From Scyliorhinus canicula (taxonomy: Eukaryota), in contig NC_052152.1 of the NCBI RefSeq assembly GCF_902713615.1, positions 182,650,712 through 182,714,711 on the forward strand: DNA of 64,000 nucleotides, read 5' to 3'. The number at the start of each line of letters is the position of its first letter. Position 1 is the first letter of the stretch. Both the position numbers and the translations under genes were made by a program. The notes beneath the pieces are model-generated. The model saw only the letters and a program-made list of their open reading frames with translations. It searched no databases and was not told the DNA's origin. Of the stretch, positions 1 to 12,007 are shown piece by piece.

Positions 1-94
1 ATGGGGTGTCTGGCCACAATAGAGGCCCGCCTCAACGCTGATTCGGGTGCCATGCTGGTGGTGATAATGAGGTTTGTACCCAGTGCCAAAGTGC

Positions 95-1025
95 AAAACT
101 ACTGGCGTGGTGTAACGACAACAATCTCTCCCTCCCTAACGTCAGTAAATCTAAGGAGCTGGTCATTGACTTCAAGAAGTGAAGTATCGTACACATTCCT
201 ATCTTTATCAATGTTGTTGAGGTGGAGATGGGTAATAGCTTCAAATTCCTAGGTGTGCACATCACCAACACTCTGTCCTGGTCTACCCACATTGACACTG
301 CGACCAAGAAAGCATACAGTGCCATACATTCTCAGGAAACTAAGGAAATTCGGCATGTCCACATTGACGTTACGGTAACACAGTGGTTAGCATTGTTGCT
401 TCACAGCACTATTGACCCAGGTTCGATTCCTGGCTTGGGTCACTGTCTGTGCGGAGTCTGCACATTCTCCCCGTGTCTGCATGCGTTTCCTTCGGGTGCT
501 CTGGTTTCCTCCCATAAGTCCCGAAAGACGTGCTCGTTAGGTGAATTGGACATTCTGAATTCTCTCTGTGTACCCGAACATGCGCTGGAATGTGGTGATT
601 AGAGGAATTTCACAGTAACTTCATCGCAGTGTTAATGTAAGCTGACTTGTGACAATAATTAAGAATTGACTCTTACAAATTTTTATCATAGAAAGCATCC
701 CATCTAGCTGCATCACAGCTTGGTGTGGCAACTGCTCGACCCAGGACCACAAGAAACTACAGAGACGTGAACACAGCCCAGTCCATCACGCAAAACTACC
801 TCCCATCCACATCCATTGACTCTGTCTGCCTCCAGCTGCATTGGGAAAGCGGTCTGCATAATCAAAGACCTCTTCCACCCGGGTTATTCTCTCTTCCATC
901 GAGCAGGAGATATAAAATCTGAGAACACGCACTAACAGGTTCAAAAATAGCTTCTTCCCCACAGTTACCAGACTCCAGAATGACTTTCTTATGGACTGAA
1001 CTGATCTCTCCACACATCTTTTCGG
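95..1025 (+). mobile_element. Rex1/Babar-type LINE, 3' RT fragment (degenerate), split by a SINE
   Basis: Frameshifted translation WCNDNNLS..NVSKSKELVIDFKK..EVEMGNSFKFLGVHITNTLSWSTHID..RKLRKFGMS, then TLTLTNFY..IESI..CITAW.GNCS..RFKNSFFPTV. This matches the Rex-Babar RT C-terminus. The frame rejoins (GMSTLTLTNFY) when 369-670 is removed. Confidence 0.85.
369..664 (+). mobile_element. tRNA-derived SINE, type C (HE1/V-domain head and body with an alternative tail)
   Basis: A-box (CAGTGGTTAGCA) and B-box (GGTTCGATTCC), V-SINE core TGTGCGGAGTCTGCACATTCTCCCCGTG, tail ...TTCACAGTAACTTCAT..GTAAGC..ACTTGTGACAATAA. TSD ATTGAC at 363-368 and 665-670. Confidence 0.85.
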
Positions 1026-1602
1026 GCACAACGTAGCTGGTAAATCTCGCCCCTAGTCTCCAGAGTTTCACCCAGTATGGCAAACCAAAATAAACAAGTA
1101 GTTTTAAAAATCATAAATTGAAGATTTCACTATTTGTACTGCATTATTCACAAGTACCAGGAAGTCACTGTCATCAAGGCTAGGGGTTTAGCTCCTAATT
1201 GGAATGCAGGAAGAAATTCACCAGGCTGATTAGTTGTCAAGTCGAGAAACACAGATCACCCTCACACCTGCAGCCACACGACTTGCAGCTCAAAATGCTG
1301 CCACCTTGGCTCTGGGGTCAAAATTGGCAGGAGATTCCACTCTATTTTCACACAGACTCATAGGAGTACTGAGCCACAGTCCCCAAAATGTAGACTTGGT
1401 TGCACGGGAGAGGTGCACATGATGCCCTTGCTAAGGGTTGCAGAATGCCTGTGCCCCTGCCACCCACTCTGCCGCTGCACTTCTTAATGCCACAAGGCCA
1501 GCTGGATCAGACTGCTTTGGGCGATTTGGAGATACTGCAGTCTGCAGCTTGCCCCACAAGGTTCAGAGTCCTCGATGGAAGCTCAGTTAACGTCCTCCTC
1601 CC

Positions 1603-1828
1603 CGAGCAGCACAGTGGCACAGTGATTAGCATTGCTGCTTCACGGCGCCGAGGTCCCAGGTTCGATCCCGGCTCTGGGTCACTGTCTGTGTGGAGTTTGC
1701 ATATTCCCCCCGTGCTTGCATGGGTTTTGCCCCCACAACCCAAAGATGTGCAAGACAGGTGGACTGGCAGCGCTAAATTGCCCCTTAATTGGAAAAAATG
1801 AATTGGGTACTCTAAATTTTTATTTTTA
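1603..1828 (+). mobile_element. short HE1-derived SINE, type B (AT-rich tail)
   Basis: A/B boxes and V core, ending GCTAAATTGCCCCTTAATTGGAAAAAA..CTAAATTTT. Flanked by a degenerate direct repeat AACGTCCTCCTCC / AACTTCCACCTCC. Confidence 0.85.
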
Positions 1829-3030
1829 AACTTCCACCTCCGAAGCCATAGCCACTGGCATATACTTTGTAGAAACATCAGAAAAGATAAACAAGCCTAT
1901 GCACAAAGGGGATTCTTACCTAATCATAACACATATGAACAAGAGTTGCTGGAGTATTTTTGGGGGGAGATTTTTGCTTGTTGATAATTGTAGTCAAACG
2001 AGGGCAACACTCATAAAACTGAACAGAATAAGGCAGTTGGGTGGTGATAGTAAGGACTGAAGGACTGTAGTCATACGAACTGAAAAACTGTAGATGCAGT
2101 GGAGAGAGGGGAGGGGGAAGATAGCTCATGTGAAGGGCTCTTGACTGAGGTCCTCCTGGAAAGCTTTTATTGCCAGGGTACTGGTGGTTGAAGCTGTTCT
2201 TAATCCACCTCCGCTTCATGCCGCTCTATATGTCCTTCTGTTCCTCCTCAACCTCTTCTTGGAACTTAGTTGGGTGCAAGTCTGGGCCTTATTATACAAT
2301 GTGACACATCATGTGGAACATAAACAAAAATACTGGAGAACTAACTTGCACTGAGTGGACAATACCTGCAAAATAGCATTTCTGCAGAGTGGCTGCTGCT
2401 GGCTGATGTCATGATTTTTCTGAATGGTTTATCACTTTGTAATTCAGGTGCTGAGATGGTCAGATTTCATGAAAGGATCCGAAATATTGGTTCCTTATTA
2501 AATTACAATGAGACTCTTACTGAGCAACTACTGTATGGCAAATGGCACTCTTCCTGCATGGAATGAGAATATGTGCGCATATTGAGTCCTTAGGCACCTG
2601 TCAATCAGGCACAGTGCAATTGATTGATTTTCAAGGCCTCTGTGTCACATTATAACATTATATTTAGCCTATGCTTAGTTTTGTGCAACAGTGGATTTAT
2701 TTACCTTGAATGAAACAAAGAGAACAGAGCAAGTCATATAAAGGAATAAAATGGTTCAGATAAATAATAATTTTATGCAATATGATGGTTTACCTTCAAA
2801 TAGAAAATTCTCCAGTAGAATATTAACTTTATCATCACTGAAGGTCATATACTTCCAAACCACACTCCTAGAATCCCAAATTATACTCATAATCTACTTA
2901 ATTAGCAGGACACATTTCCATCAAACTATTAAAACTAAATGCACAATTGGATATCTCTTTGCCTAGTTTTCAGGCAGAAATCCAAAGATAATTTCCATTC
3001 CATTTATTAACAATGAAGGTTGAGTCATAT

Positions 3031-3272
3031 GGCTGAATTTTCTGGTCCTCCCTAGTAGCGGGATCTTCCGGTTCAGCCGATGGTGCCCCCCCCCCCCCCC
3101 CCCCCCCCCAACGTGTTCCCTGCCAGCGCAGCTGACGAAAATGCAAAATGTCATGGCCATCGGCGAGATCAGAAGATCCCACAGCTGGCCCATGGCAAGT
3201 GGCCTCTGCCTCCAGCAAATGCACCGTGGGGAAGAAGTAGGGGAAGGGGCAATGCGAATATTTTGGAAAACC
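3031..3272. mobile_element. small palindromic Harbinger-type MITE remnant
   Basis: GGCTGAATTTTC start, internal inverted repeat GGGATCTTCCG / AGAAGATCCC and a central poly-C tract. Ends are degenerate. Confidence 0.4.
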
Positions 3273-4287
3273 AGTAAATAATGCTGAAAACATTTAGAAA
3301 TCATTAATAAATATTATGTAGGTTAATTCATGTAAGAATTCATGCATGCTTTAACAGTCAATGGTGATTTGTTTATCCATTAGTGTCATTGATTTAGGGA
3401 AGGGAATCCTGAACGGAATTCAAGTTTCTCCACCCGTGAGAGGAAAGAGAAGAATGACTAATGTGACGCTATGTGTTCTAACTCTGGGCGAGAGGAAGAA
3501 TAAAGCGTTCATCCTGCCAAATTCTATTTCCATTGAGCATTCCGAATTAAATCTCATTTCAGACTTACCAACATGTCTGTTGTTACCCTATTTAATGCAC
3601 CCTGACTGATGCTGGCTCTTTATATCCAAAATCAATGCACTTCAACTGTCCTAACAGCTGTTGCTTAAAGATGATGCACTGACTTCTGCTTAAAAGATAT
3701 AAAAGTTGGCCTGCACAGCAATATAATTTTGCCTTGTCTGTTTGAGAGCAGAGTTATCCATCTATCCAATGAATAAAATGTCTATGATTCATATTTCACT
3801 TGGTCTCACCACATTTGTCCAAACAAGGTTTGGAGAAAGTGCTATATGAACCTGTTGTTTCTCTTGTCAAATACTGTACTGCCATATTTGCCATGGCAGA
3901 GACTCCAGTTTTTCAATTTCCCCCCCCAGTTTATTCAAATCAAAAATTGCAGCTCTGGAAACTGGAGGAAGTGTAGAAATAATTTGGTGAAACGTTCAGG
4001 CTGCATTTTACATATGGCAAGTTGGCCATGTGCAGCATTTATTATTTTCTCCAGAGCATCTTTGCTGCTCTCAAACGTTTGCTAAAGTGATAAATAAAGA
4101 GTTGTTAGGTGTTTGAGAATGGTTGGATATGGAAAGGCTCCAAAGTATGATGACAACAAGCTTTAAATTCCTTAAATGTCTTTTAAACGGCCATAGGATT
4201 TTGTCAAAAGTGGAGAATTACTCATCAAGCCAGACTTGTTGCTGACTGGAGGAAAAAAGAACTTCTGCAACATCGTATGGACATCTT

Positions 4288-4914
4288 GGGCGGGATTCTC
4301 CGATCCCCCGCCGGGTCAGAGAATCGCCAGGGGGCGGCGTGAATCCCTCCCCCGCCGGCTGCCGTATTCTCCGGCACCGGGGATTTAGCGGGGGCGGGAA
4401 TCGTGCGTCGCCGGTCGCGGCCGCTGGCAGCGCCCCCCCCCCCCCCCCCCCCCGGCGATTCTCCAGCCCGAGATGGGGCCAGTGGCCGTCCGTTTTCGGC
4501 CAGTCCCGCTGGCGGGATCTGGCTGCGCGGGTGGCCTCCGGGATCCTCAGGGGGAGTTGGGGGCGCGAGGGGATCTGGCCCCGGGAGGTGCCCCCCACGG
4601 TGGCCTGGCTCGCGATCGGGGCCCACTGATCCGTGGGCGGGGCCTGATCCGTGGGGGCACTCTTCTTCCGCGTCGGCCGCTGTGGTCCTCCGCAATGGCT
4701 GATGTGGAGATGAACACCCCCTGGGCATGCGCTGGGATGACGCCAGCACAAGCTGGCGCTCCCGCGCATGCGGCAACTCACGCCGGCTGGCAGAGGCCCT
4801 TTGGCAGCGGTTGGCGTGGCGCAAAGCATCTTTGGGGCGGCTCCGCGCCGGAGTGGTTCATGCCACTCCTTCCCGCCTGAGTTGCCCACCCTGCCGATTC
4901 ATGCAGAATGGCCC
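4288..4914. mobile_element. CpG-rich non-autonomous PIF/Harbinger MITE
   Basis: Starts GGGCGGGATTCTCCG, the same TIR class as 23251, 40892 and 50790. Degenerate right end GCAGAATGGCCC, possible 3-bp TSD CTT, repeated subterminal ATTCTCC/GGAGAAT motifs. Confidence 0.7.
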
Positions 4915-5044
4915 TTATGGCCAAACTAACAGTGTTAAATCTGCATCTACTTAAATACATTTGACAAAAATGCTTATTCCATTTTAAGTTATCTTGAAGC
5001 AATCTGTAGGTTCTTCTCCATTTAGATGTTGTTTTTGCTTAATC

Positions 5045-5350
5045 TAATAAAAAATCTTTAGCAGTGTCACAAGTAGGCCTACATTAACACTGCAATGAAG
5101 TTACTGTGAAAATCCCCATGTCACCACATTCCGGAGCCTGCCCGGGTACACCGAGGGGAAATGCAGAACGTCCAATTCACCTAACGGCACATCTTTCGAG
5201 ACTTGTGGGAGGAAACTAGAGCACCCGGAGGAAACTCATGCAGACACTGGGAGAACGCGCAGACTCTGCACAGACAGTGACCAAAGCCGGGAAACGAACC
5301 AGAGACCCTGTCTCTGTGAAACAACAGTGCTAACCACTGTGTTACTGTGT
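5045..5350 (-). mobile_element. tRNA-derived SINE, type C
   Basis: Reverse complement of the 369-664 element (GTCACAAGTAGGC..TGAAGTTACTGTGAAAA ... TGCTAACCACTG). Confidence 0.85.
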
Positions 5351-6044
5351 TTTCCAGGCTCATGTTTTTCCAGGAAAGGTTGATTTATCCATGTTTACGT
5401 GTTGGCGCCTGTCCCTACACCAACATTTCATATTCATTTTTTTCTTACCACATTTACACTTACTGTGGGTTTTGAATATTGTTTTTTTTTACAACACAAG
5501 AAACAGCAAGTGCGATCTTCCATTTATGTAATTAAAATACCTGTGCTTTTAATAGTTCCCTGCCTCTTGTTTGTGTGTCAGTTGCTTTGGGTACAGTTTT
5601 ATCTTTTCCCTGTGGTTGTCCTATGGCATGTTTACCTTTCACACTTTCAGCATTTTACCTGCCATTTTCTATTTCAACAGCACTACTTATTATCGGGCTA
5701 CTGCTGTGGGAACATTATCCTATAATTATTTACCAAGCCATTTTCAATTTTGACTCTGCAAGTATCCTCCTTGGCATGTTTTCTCCTTATAATTGTGACA
5801 GGGAAGTTTTGTGCAAGTTATGTTGTTCAACTTGCTCTCCCTTTGTTTTAAGAACTTTCATTGAAGTATAACATGTACTGATCTGGTTATTGACATCATT
5901 GCTCCAGCCAAAAGATATGACACCTGGAAAAAATATTTCTGGCAAAAAGCACAACTTTGGATGCTTACTTTCTGCAAAGCTGGCTTCCAGCAACTGAGCT
6001 GATGGGCATAATCTGAGGCTGAGGATCAATTCTTATTGAACAAA

Positions 6045-6428
6045 GAAATAGATTGCACGTGCATAACACCATTCGTAATCTCAAAATGTCCCTCATGCTT
6101 TGCAATAAATTAAGTACTTTTGGAATGCAGACACTTCTTTAATGTAGAGAATACTACATTAAAATACAGCCAGATAAATAACAAGATAGTTGAAGGATGA
6201 ATAAGAGCCAGGGCACTGGGGAGAACTCCTCTGCTCCTTTTCAAAATAGTGTCACGAAATCTACCCAATAGGGAAGACAGGGTCTTGGTTTGATGTCTCG
6301 TGCAAAAGACAGCACTCCCCATCATACTCAATGTTACCCTAGATAATATCCAGCGTTCTCTAAAGTGGGCCTTGAACCCGCAACTACCTAACTGAGAAGC
6401 AACAGTGCTGCCACTGAGCCAAGGCTGA
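6045..6428 (-). mobile_element. SacSINE1/AmnSINE1-like Deu-domain SINE (old)
   Basis: Matches the DeuSINE consensus as I recall it (CTGCTC.TT..AATAGTG..., GGTTT.A.GTCTC...AAAGAC.GCAC) and has a tRNA head CTTGAACCC..ACT.AGA.GC..AGTGCT.CCACTGAGCCAAGGCTGA. Confidence 0.7.
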
Positions 6429-6830
6429 TTGTGCGGACATGTCATGCTAATTTGCCTTTCTTTTGAGTGTGGTTTCTGTGGAATGTTCTTCTATTCAGCC
6501 TTTGGAAGCATTTCGACGACAAGCTCAGCATTCATAAACACAATTTTGGCTTCACACTTGTGTAGTGTACATTGGGTGTTAGGATGAAGATCAGACTTTG
6601 AAGCAAAGCGAGATTGGGTTCCAATTTCAACTGTGCACATGTTATTAGTGCAGCATCAACGCAAAACACCATTAATTATACACTGGGAAGTTCAACTGGC
6701 AATCTGTGGTGAATACTCAGTCTGCTGCAGTTCTTTCAACCAAGTTAATTTTTCTCTGCTGAATTAAACCATTTAATTGTGAGCTGTACAAAACTTGTAA
6801 TGGAAACTGGAAAACCTTCCACACATTATC

Positions 6831-7143
6831 GAATCATAGGACTGTCATAGAATCCCTACAGTGCAGAAGAAGGCCATTTGGCCCATCGGGTCTGCACCAA
6901 TTCTCTGAAAGAACATTCTACCCATGTCCACTCCCATCCTATCCCTGTAACCTAACGTGCACATGAAGGGTCAATCCATCAAGGCCAGTCTACCTAATTC
7001 GCACATCTTTGGACTGTGGGATGAAAGCTGAACAAATCCACGCAGTCACAGGGGGAAAGTACAAACTCCACACAGTCACCCAAGGCTGGAATTGAACCGG
7101 GGTCCCTGATGCTGTGAGGCAGAAGTGCGTGCCACCGTGCCAC
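6831..7143 (-). mobile_element. HE1-type V-SINE, type A (CR1/HER1-like tail)
   Basis: Tail CATAGAATCCCTACAGTGCAGAAG.AGGCCATT.GGCCCATC, V core, tRNA head ..GCCACCGTGCC. Confidence 0.85.
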
Positions 7144-7680
7144 TCTAAGAGTGCTACACTCTTATTTCAGCTTCACAAGTAATGTTGATTATTCATAACA
7201 AAGGCTTAGGAACCAATAATGCCCAGTTGCAAGAAAACTAGCAAATAGGAATGACAGGTGCAGAGGTTTGGTGGGTAAAACTTTAACTTGTATCCAAGAA
7301 ATACATTTCTATGAATCTTCTAAAATTTTTTAAAAATTTGTACCGATACCTAAAATGTTAACAAATGAAATGAGCTTTGAACATGATGCCAACCATAACT
7401 ATTCGGAGCAGTATAAAGCTAGGGCTCAGACTTTTTTTTACCATGATAAAGAGGATTTTCTTCTTGAGAAAATCTCAGAAATGGCTGGCATTTTAAAGTC
7501 CAGCCCCCAAAACCAGCATTTCCCATCTTCACAGAAGCGGGACTGGAATCAGATTCATGTGAGATTCGCAGAGGCAGCTGGCCATTTATATCACAAGTTG
7601 TCTCTATTGAAGTGGGATTTTGGAAGAACAGAGGCGTGGAATCTAGAGTGTGCAGATTGGAACAGGTAAGAGGAAGGCGA

Positions 7681-7905
7681 GGGCAGCACGGCGGCCTAGT
7701 GGTTAGCACAACCGCCTTACGGCGCTGAGGTCCCAGGTTCGATCCCGGCTCTGGGTCACTGTCCGTGTGGAGTTTGCACATTCTCCCCGTGTCTGTGTGG
7801 GTTTCGCCCCCACAACCCAAAAATGTGCAGAGTAGGTGGATTGGCCATGCTAAATTGCTCCTTAATTGGAAACAATAATTGGATAATCTAAATTTATAAA
7901 AAAAA
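7681..7905 (+). mobile_element. short HE1-derived SINE, type B, with poly-A
   Basis: Intact A/B boxes and poly-A tail. 15-bp TSD AGGTAAGAGG(A/G)GGC at 7664-7678 and 7906-7920. Confidence 0.9.
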
Positions 7906-8079
7906 AGGTAAGAGGAGGGCTAAACTTGGTGAATTCCTATGGCCCGGATACTCCTTTTGGGAGGTAAGGTATCCGTTTGGACAGTGTCCATGTGTCTGGA
8001 CACCTTAGGGAGAATTAAGTTACCCTTTGGGATAACGAACATGATTGTGCACTTTTTACAGACCACCTCATTGTAACGG

Positions 8080-8335
8080 TGAAGCTGTAAAAGAACTGTC
8101 CAGGAATTGTCCAGCTGTCAAGGAACTGTTGAAGTGTGCAGCTGTCAGGAAAATGTTAAAGAGCTGTCCAGCTATCATTCAGCTTTCCAAGAACTGTCCA
8201 ATGCCAAGGAATAGATTGGTTGCTAAAGAAATGTTAAGGAGCTGTCCACCTATCAAACCTGTCAAAGCTATCCAAGTGTCAAGTCTATCAAAGGTATTCA
8301 GGCAATGTCAAAGCATCAAGGAACTGTCCAAGGAT
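8080..8335. repeat. degenerate ~30-bp minisatellite
   Basis: Recurring unit approximately GCTGTCAAGGAACTGTCCA(A/G)GAACTGTCCA. This explains the repetitive ORF 8045-8398 (AVKELSRNCP-like units). Confidence 0.6.
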
Positions 8336-9626
8336 GCTGGATATTCATTCAGTTTGCATGGTGGGTGGGGGGTATGGGTTGGCACCAAGTTAGAATAAGG
8401 CTCCGGAAGCCTTGGTGGTGGATAGAGTGCAATTGTTGGCATGGGGGGAGGAGGTGGTCTTGGGACCATGGGTTGATATAGTTTGCATGGAAGGGACATA
8501 ACAAGAGTGTGAGAAGTGAGGAAATGTTTTTCATTTCCTATTTATTTTTGTTTATTCTGTGATTCATTTTGCAGATCACCCAGCACCCCCCCCCCCCCCC
8601 CCCCCCCACCTCAACACCCTGCCCAACCGCAAAGCCCACATTTTGAAACGATGCTTTAGATGAGCCGGGAAATCTCCCAACTGGGTGAACCCAACACAGG
8701 GACAAAAATCTGGGCCCCACACTAAGGAGGGTGGCTATTTTTTTTCTTCCTCTTCTAACTATTTTGCTTTCTTCAATTCCATGAGCTAACTTACACCTCC
8801 TCATTTTGAAATAAGGAGACTTTAGCTAAAATTAATGTTGTCATGACGTAGGATTCCTAGCAATACTGATATAAAGGGCTGGATTTTATCTGCCTCCATC
8901 ATGCAGGTTTCTGATGGGGGGGGGACCGGGGATGGAACGGGAGAATGTAAATTAGATCGGGTTGCTGACCCACCCCTGGTGTCAGTCCCATAATAGCTAG
9001 GAGGGTGGGCACTGGAAATGGCAGCTTGGCCATGATTTGCAAATAAATAAAGGTCATTTATGTTCACGAACACATCTACTGACAGAAATAATACACTGCC
9101 CCAGTGATAACACTAGTGACACGGGCAGTCAGGCGGGACCCAGCAGACTGTTTTTTAATGGCCGACATGACAAAATATGGGAAAGCGGGCACACATTTGG
9201 GTAGGGGGCAAGGTGGTGTTTGTGGTGATGTTCCCTTCAGGGGCACCCCCAAAGATGTCACCCCTTCTTTCTGCATCGCCTGCCCAACAAAACCTACAAC
9301 TCGACCCCCCCGAATGTGCCCCCAAATCAGATTGAGCAGCAGCCCCAGAGGGCAAGACGTCCTCCTGAGAGGGGCAGAAGTCCCATTCTTTACCAATTGA
9401 TTTAGCCTACAGTGTGCGATGGCTGCGGGGCATGCTGGCATAGACCAATTCAACTTGCAGCTGACTAGTGGGGTTGGAGTGTGAGTAGTCCATAAAATGC
9501 AGCCCAAAGAGACCTTGATGCAACTTACGAAGAGAAAAACAAATTACTGCGGATCCTGGAATCTGAAACAAAAGGGAAAATGCTGGAAAATCTCAGCAAG
9601 TCTGGGAGCATCTGTAGGGAGAGAAA

Positions 9627-9668
9627 AGAGCTAATGTTTCGAGTCCGATGACTCTTTGTCAAAACTCT
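9627..9668 (-). ncRNA. second hammerhead copy on the opposite arm (stem III mutated)
   Basis: Minus strand reads AGAGTT TTGACAA A GAGTC ATCG GACTC GAAAC ATT AGCTCT. Confidence 0.55.
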
Positions 9669-9671
9669 GAC

Positions 9672-9713
9672 AGAGCTTTGACAAAGAGTCATCGGACTCG
9701 AAACGTTAGCTCT
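9672..9713 (+). ncRNA. minimal type-I hammerhead ribozyme (U3-A8 core variant)
   Basis: Stem I AGAGCT/AGCTCT, core TTGACAA plus an extra A, stem II GAGTC-ATCG-GACTC, GAAA, palindromic stem III AC|GT, cleavage triplet GUU. Confidence 0.65.
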
Positions 9714-11859
9714 TTTCTCTCCCTACAGATGCTGCCAGACTTGCTGAGATTTTCCAGCATTTTCCCTTTTGTGTTGATGCTACTTACATCGCGTTAATGA
9801 GTTAAGCTCAGCTCTAGTGGCTAAATTCACAGAACAATAGGGCTGGCATGAGATTCTGAAACAGCATGAAAGATAATTTGACATTCCAGTGATTGTTCCC
9901 ACTCATCGATGTTGCAACAATTCCATTCCTTTGCCAAGCTGGGCTGACGGATTATGTTCTTGGCGGAGGAGGTTGTCGGTGATCACTTAAAACTGTCACT
10001 GAAATCAGGCTATTAATAAGAGAGACAGAGTTAGGCATTTGGGTTGGGTGAGACAGGCTGTGAGGGTATTCTGGTGTGTTACAGTTAGAAATGCGAGAGT
10101 ATAGTTAGAAAACTTGTTTAACTCAGCTCACTGAAACATGAAAACATGGTACATCCTTTATCTTCATAATTATGCAGAGATGAAAAAGTGTTGGTTGAAC
10201 CATGTGGATATGAATATTTATTTGTACATTTTAGCTTATTATGAAATATAGGAGCCAAAACTTCACCCCACCAGCATTAACTCAATCTGCCTTTAAAGAG
10301 ATTGAAAATGTACATGTGCACGACAGAAGCATCCGATCCAGAATGTTAAGTGGATGTTATTGTTACAGCTCTGGCTTCAATTCCACAACAAGTAAATATG
10401 GAGTAGCCAAAATCAATTCACATAAATAATCATATGTGTTTAGATTGCTCCAGGGAGTGTCTGATATTATTGAACTTGAGCAGATATCTCTCGAATTCCC
10501 GAGGTTCCCGAGGTTATTAGAGCTGCGAAGTGTGATCAACAGGTTCTAATTTGACACAATGAAGACTTGATATTCAAAGGCTGAAAGTGGAAGAATTCTT
10601 TAAAAAATGAGCTGGGCAGATTTTCTAGTCCCACCAGCAGTGAGCAGAACCGGGAAATTGGGAGTGATCAATAAGGCCAAAGGTTAGTTTCCTACCAGCA
10701 TAAAAAACTCATTTGAATTTTTCTGCTCGCAACCTCCATGGCGGATTGGGTTGTCCGCTACGCCATGTCAGGACTTCATTTACATGTATTCGAATATTAT
10801 GAATACTCATTAAAAACACAGCTCACTGGAATCATGCCCCTACTCTAAATCAAAACACCATACCAGCAGCCAATTAGACTGATGTGATTCATGACGACAT
10901 CCGGGTTACATGCACCTGGCCTATAGCACTTCACTCAAGATCTCAAGGTGTGCACACAGTGCTTGGCTATTTTTTGTTGTTCTGTTGTTGCCACTGCTCA
11001 AACCCCATACCAAGGCTACTTCTGGCAAGACCAGAAGTGGGAATGGGAATGCAAAAGCTTCACTTGGGGAATGGGGAGATTAGTCAGGGCCTGAAAGCAT
11101 AGATAGTCCTGGCAATTTGAGCCACAATTTCAAGGGCTGTACTCATGCAAGTCCATGGAGAATGGAAGGTTGGTCAGTTATGCTTAACATAGTGGGAAAG
11201 GCATGGTCATTTCCTCACATACTTCAGTCCTGGGGACTTGTGGCTTGATACTGAGCCCCAGGTGGCACAGTCACAGTCCAGGAAGGTTTGTAGATGGGGA
11301 AAATGTAATTATGGGGGGCACTCGATGAAGTCATGGGGGTAGTGGCGGGTCTCAATAAGTCATAGTGCAATCGGCTTCAGCTTGGGGATGGATCAGATCA
11401 ACATGAGGCATCGGGGCATCAACATCCAACATCAATCAGTTTGGAGTAGGGACAGGATGTCAAGAACAATGACAATGGGATCAAGGATTAAAGGGGAAGG
11501 AAGGAGAGTGATGGAGGAGTGAAATTTGTACATGATGGTCCTCCAACACAATGGGAAGGACTTGGGTCTGGAATCTGATCTTGTTAATTCAATGATGTAG
11601 TTGAAAAAAAGGGATTTTTAAAAATTGTCAGGAGAGGGCACTTGGAGCTAATGGGAGGTGTTAACCACAGCACATTTGGGCCAATTGAAGAGGTACCCAA
11701 CTATTTTCTGCTGCCTCTGGTAAAGCAGAAGGCACAGCTGAGAAATATTAGGGACAGCCAAATGCCAATTAAGGGATTGTGGCACCTTAACTCATGGTGC
11801 GCATTCTTGAGAGCCTATTACCAATTGGGGCCATTTTTGGATTGGCTTCCAAAGACCCT

Positions 11860-12007
11860 GGGTGGGATTCTCACTTTTGCCGGCGCCCAGGGGTTTCCCG
11901 ATGGCGTGGGGCTGCCCCACAATGGGAAACCCATTGACCAGCCGACGTAACAGAGAATCCCGCCAGCGGGGTGAAGCAGAAATGTGACGCAGCGGAGGAT
12001 CCAGCTC
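11860..12007. mobile_element. ~150-165-bp Harbinger-type mini-MITE
   Basis: GGGTGGGATTCTC...GGATCCAGCTC with core GGGGCTGCCCCACAATGGGAAACCCCATTG, shared with 16167-16328 and, more degenerately, ~12300-12450. Confidence 0.6.

Larger units (their letters stand above)
9529..9773. mobile_element. Penelope-like element (PLE) mini-insertion, inverted pseudo-LTR palindrome
   Basis: Near-perfect ~100-bp inverted arms (~9567-9669 / 9671-9772). 14-bp TSD TTGATGC(A/T)ACTTAC at 9515-9528 and 9774-9787. Sequence resembles the abundant elasmobranch PLE terminal repeat (GAAACGTT..TCTCTCC..CAGATGCTG). Confidence 0.8.

Noticed and set aside
1917-2290. Minus-strand 99-aa ORF ending near a GTAAG donor
   Set aside because: Stops occur in all frames upstream. 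It more likely belongs to a very old Harbinger-like relic than to a host exon.
4218-4954. Cluster of long overlapping ORFs (up to 223 aa) on both strands
   Set aside because: Stop-poor GC-rich Harbinger MITE with Pro/Arg/Gly low-complexity translations and no domain. The same applies to ORFs at 23142-24120, 26414-26989 and 41052-41640.
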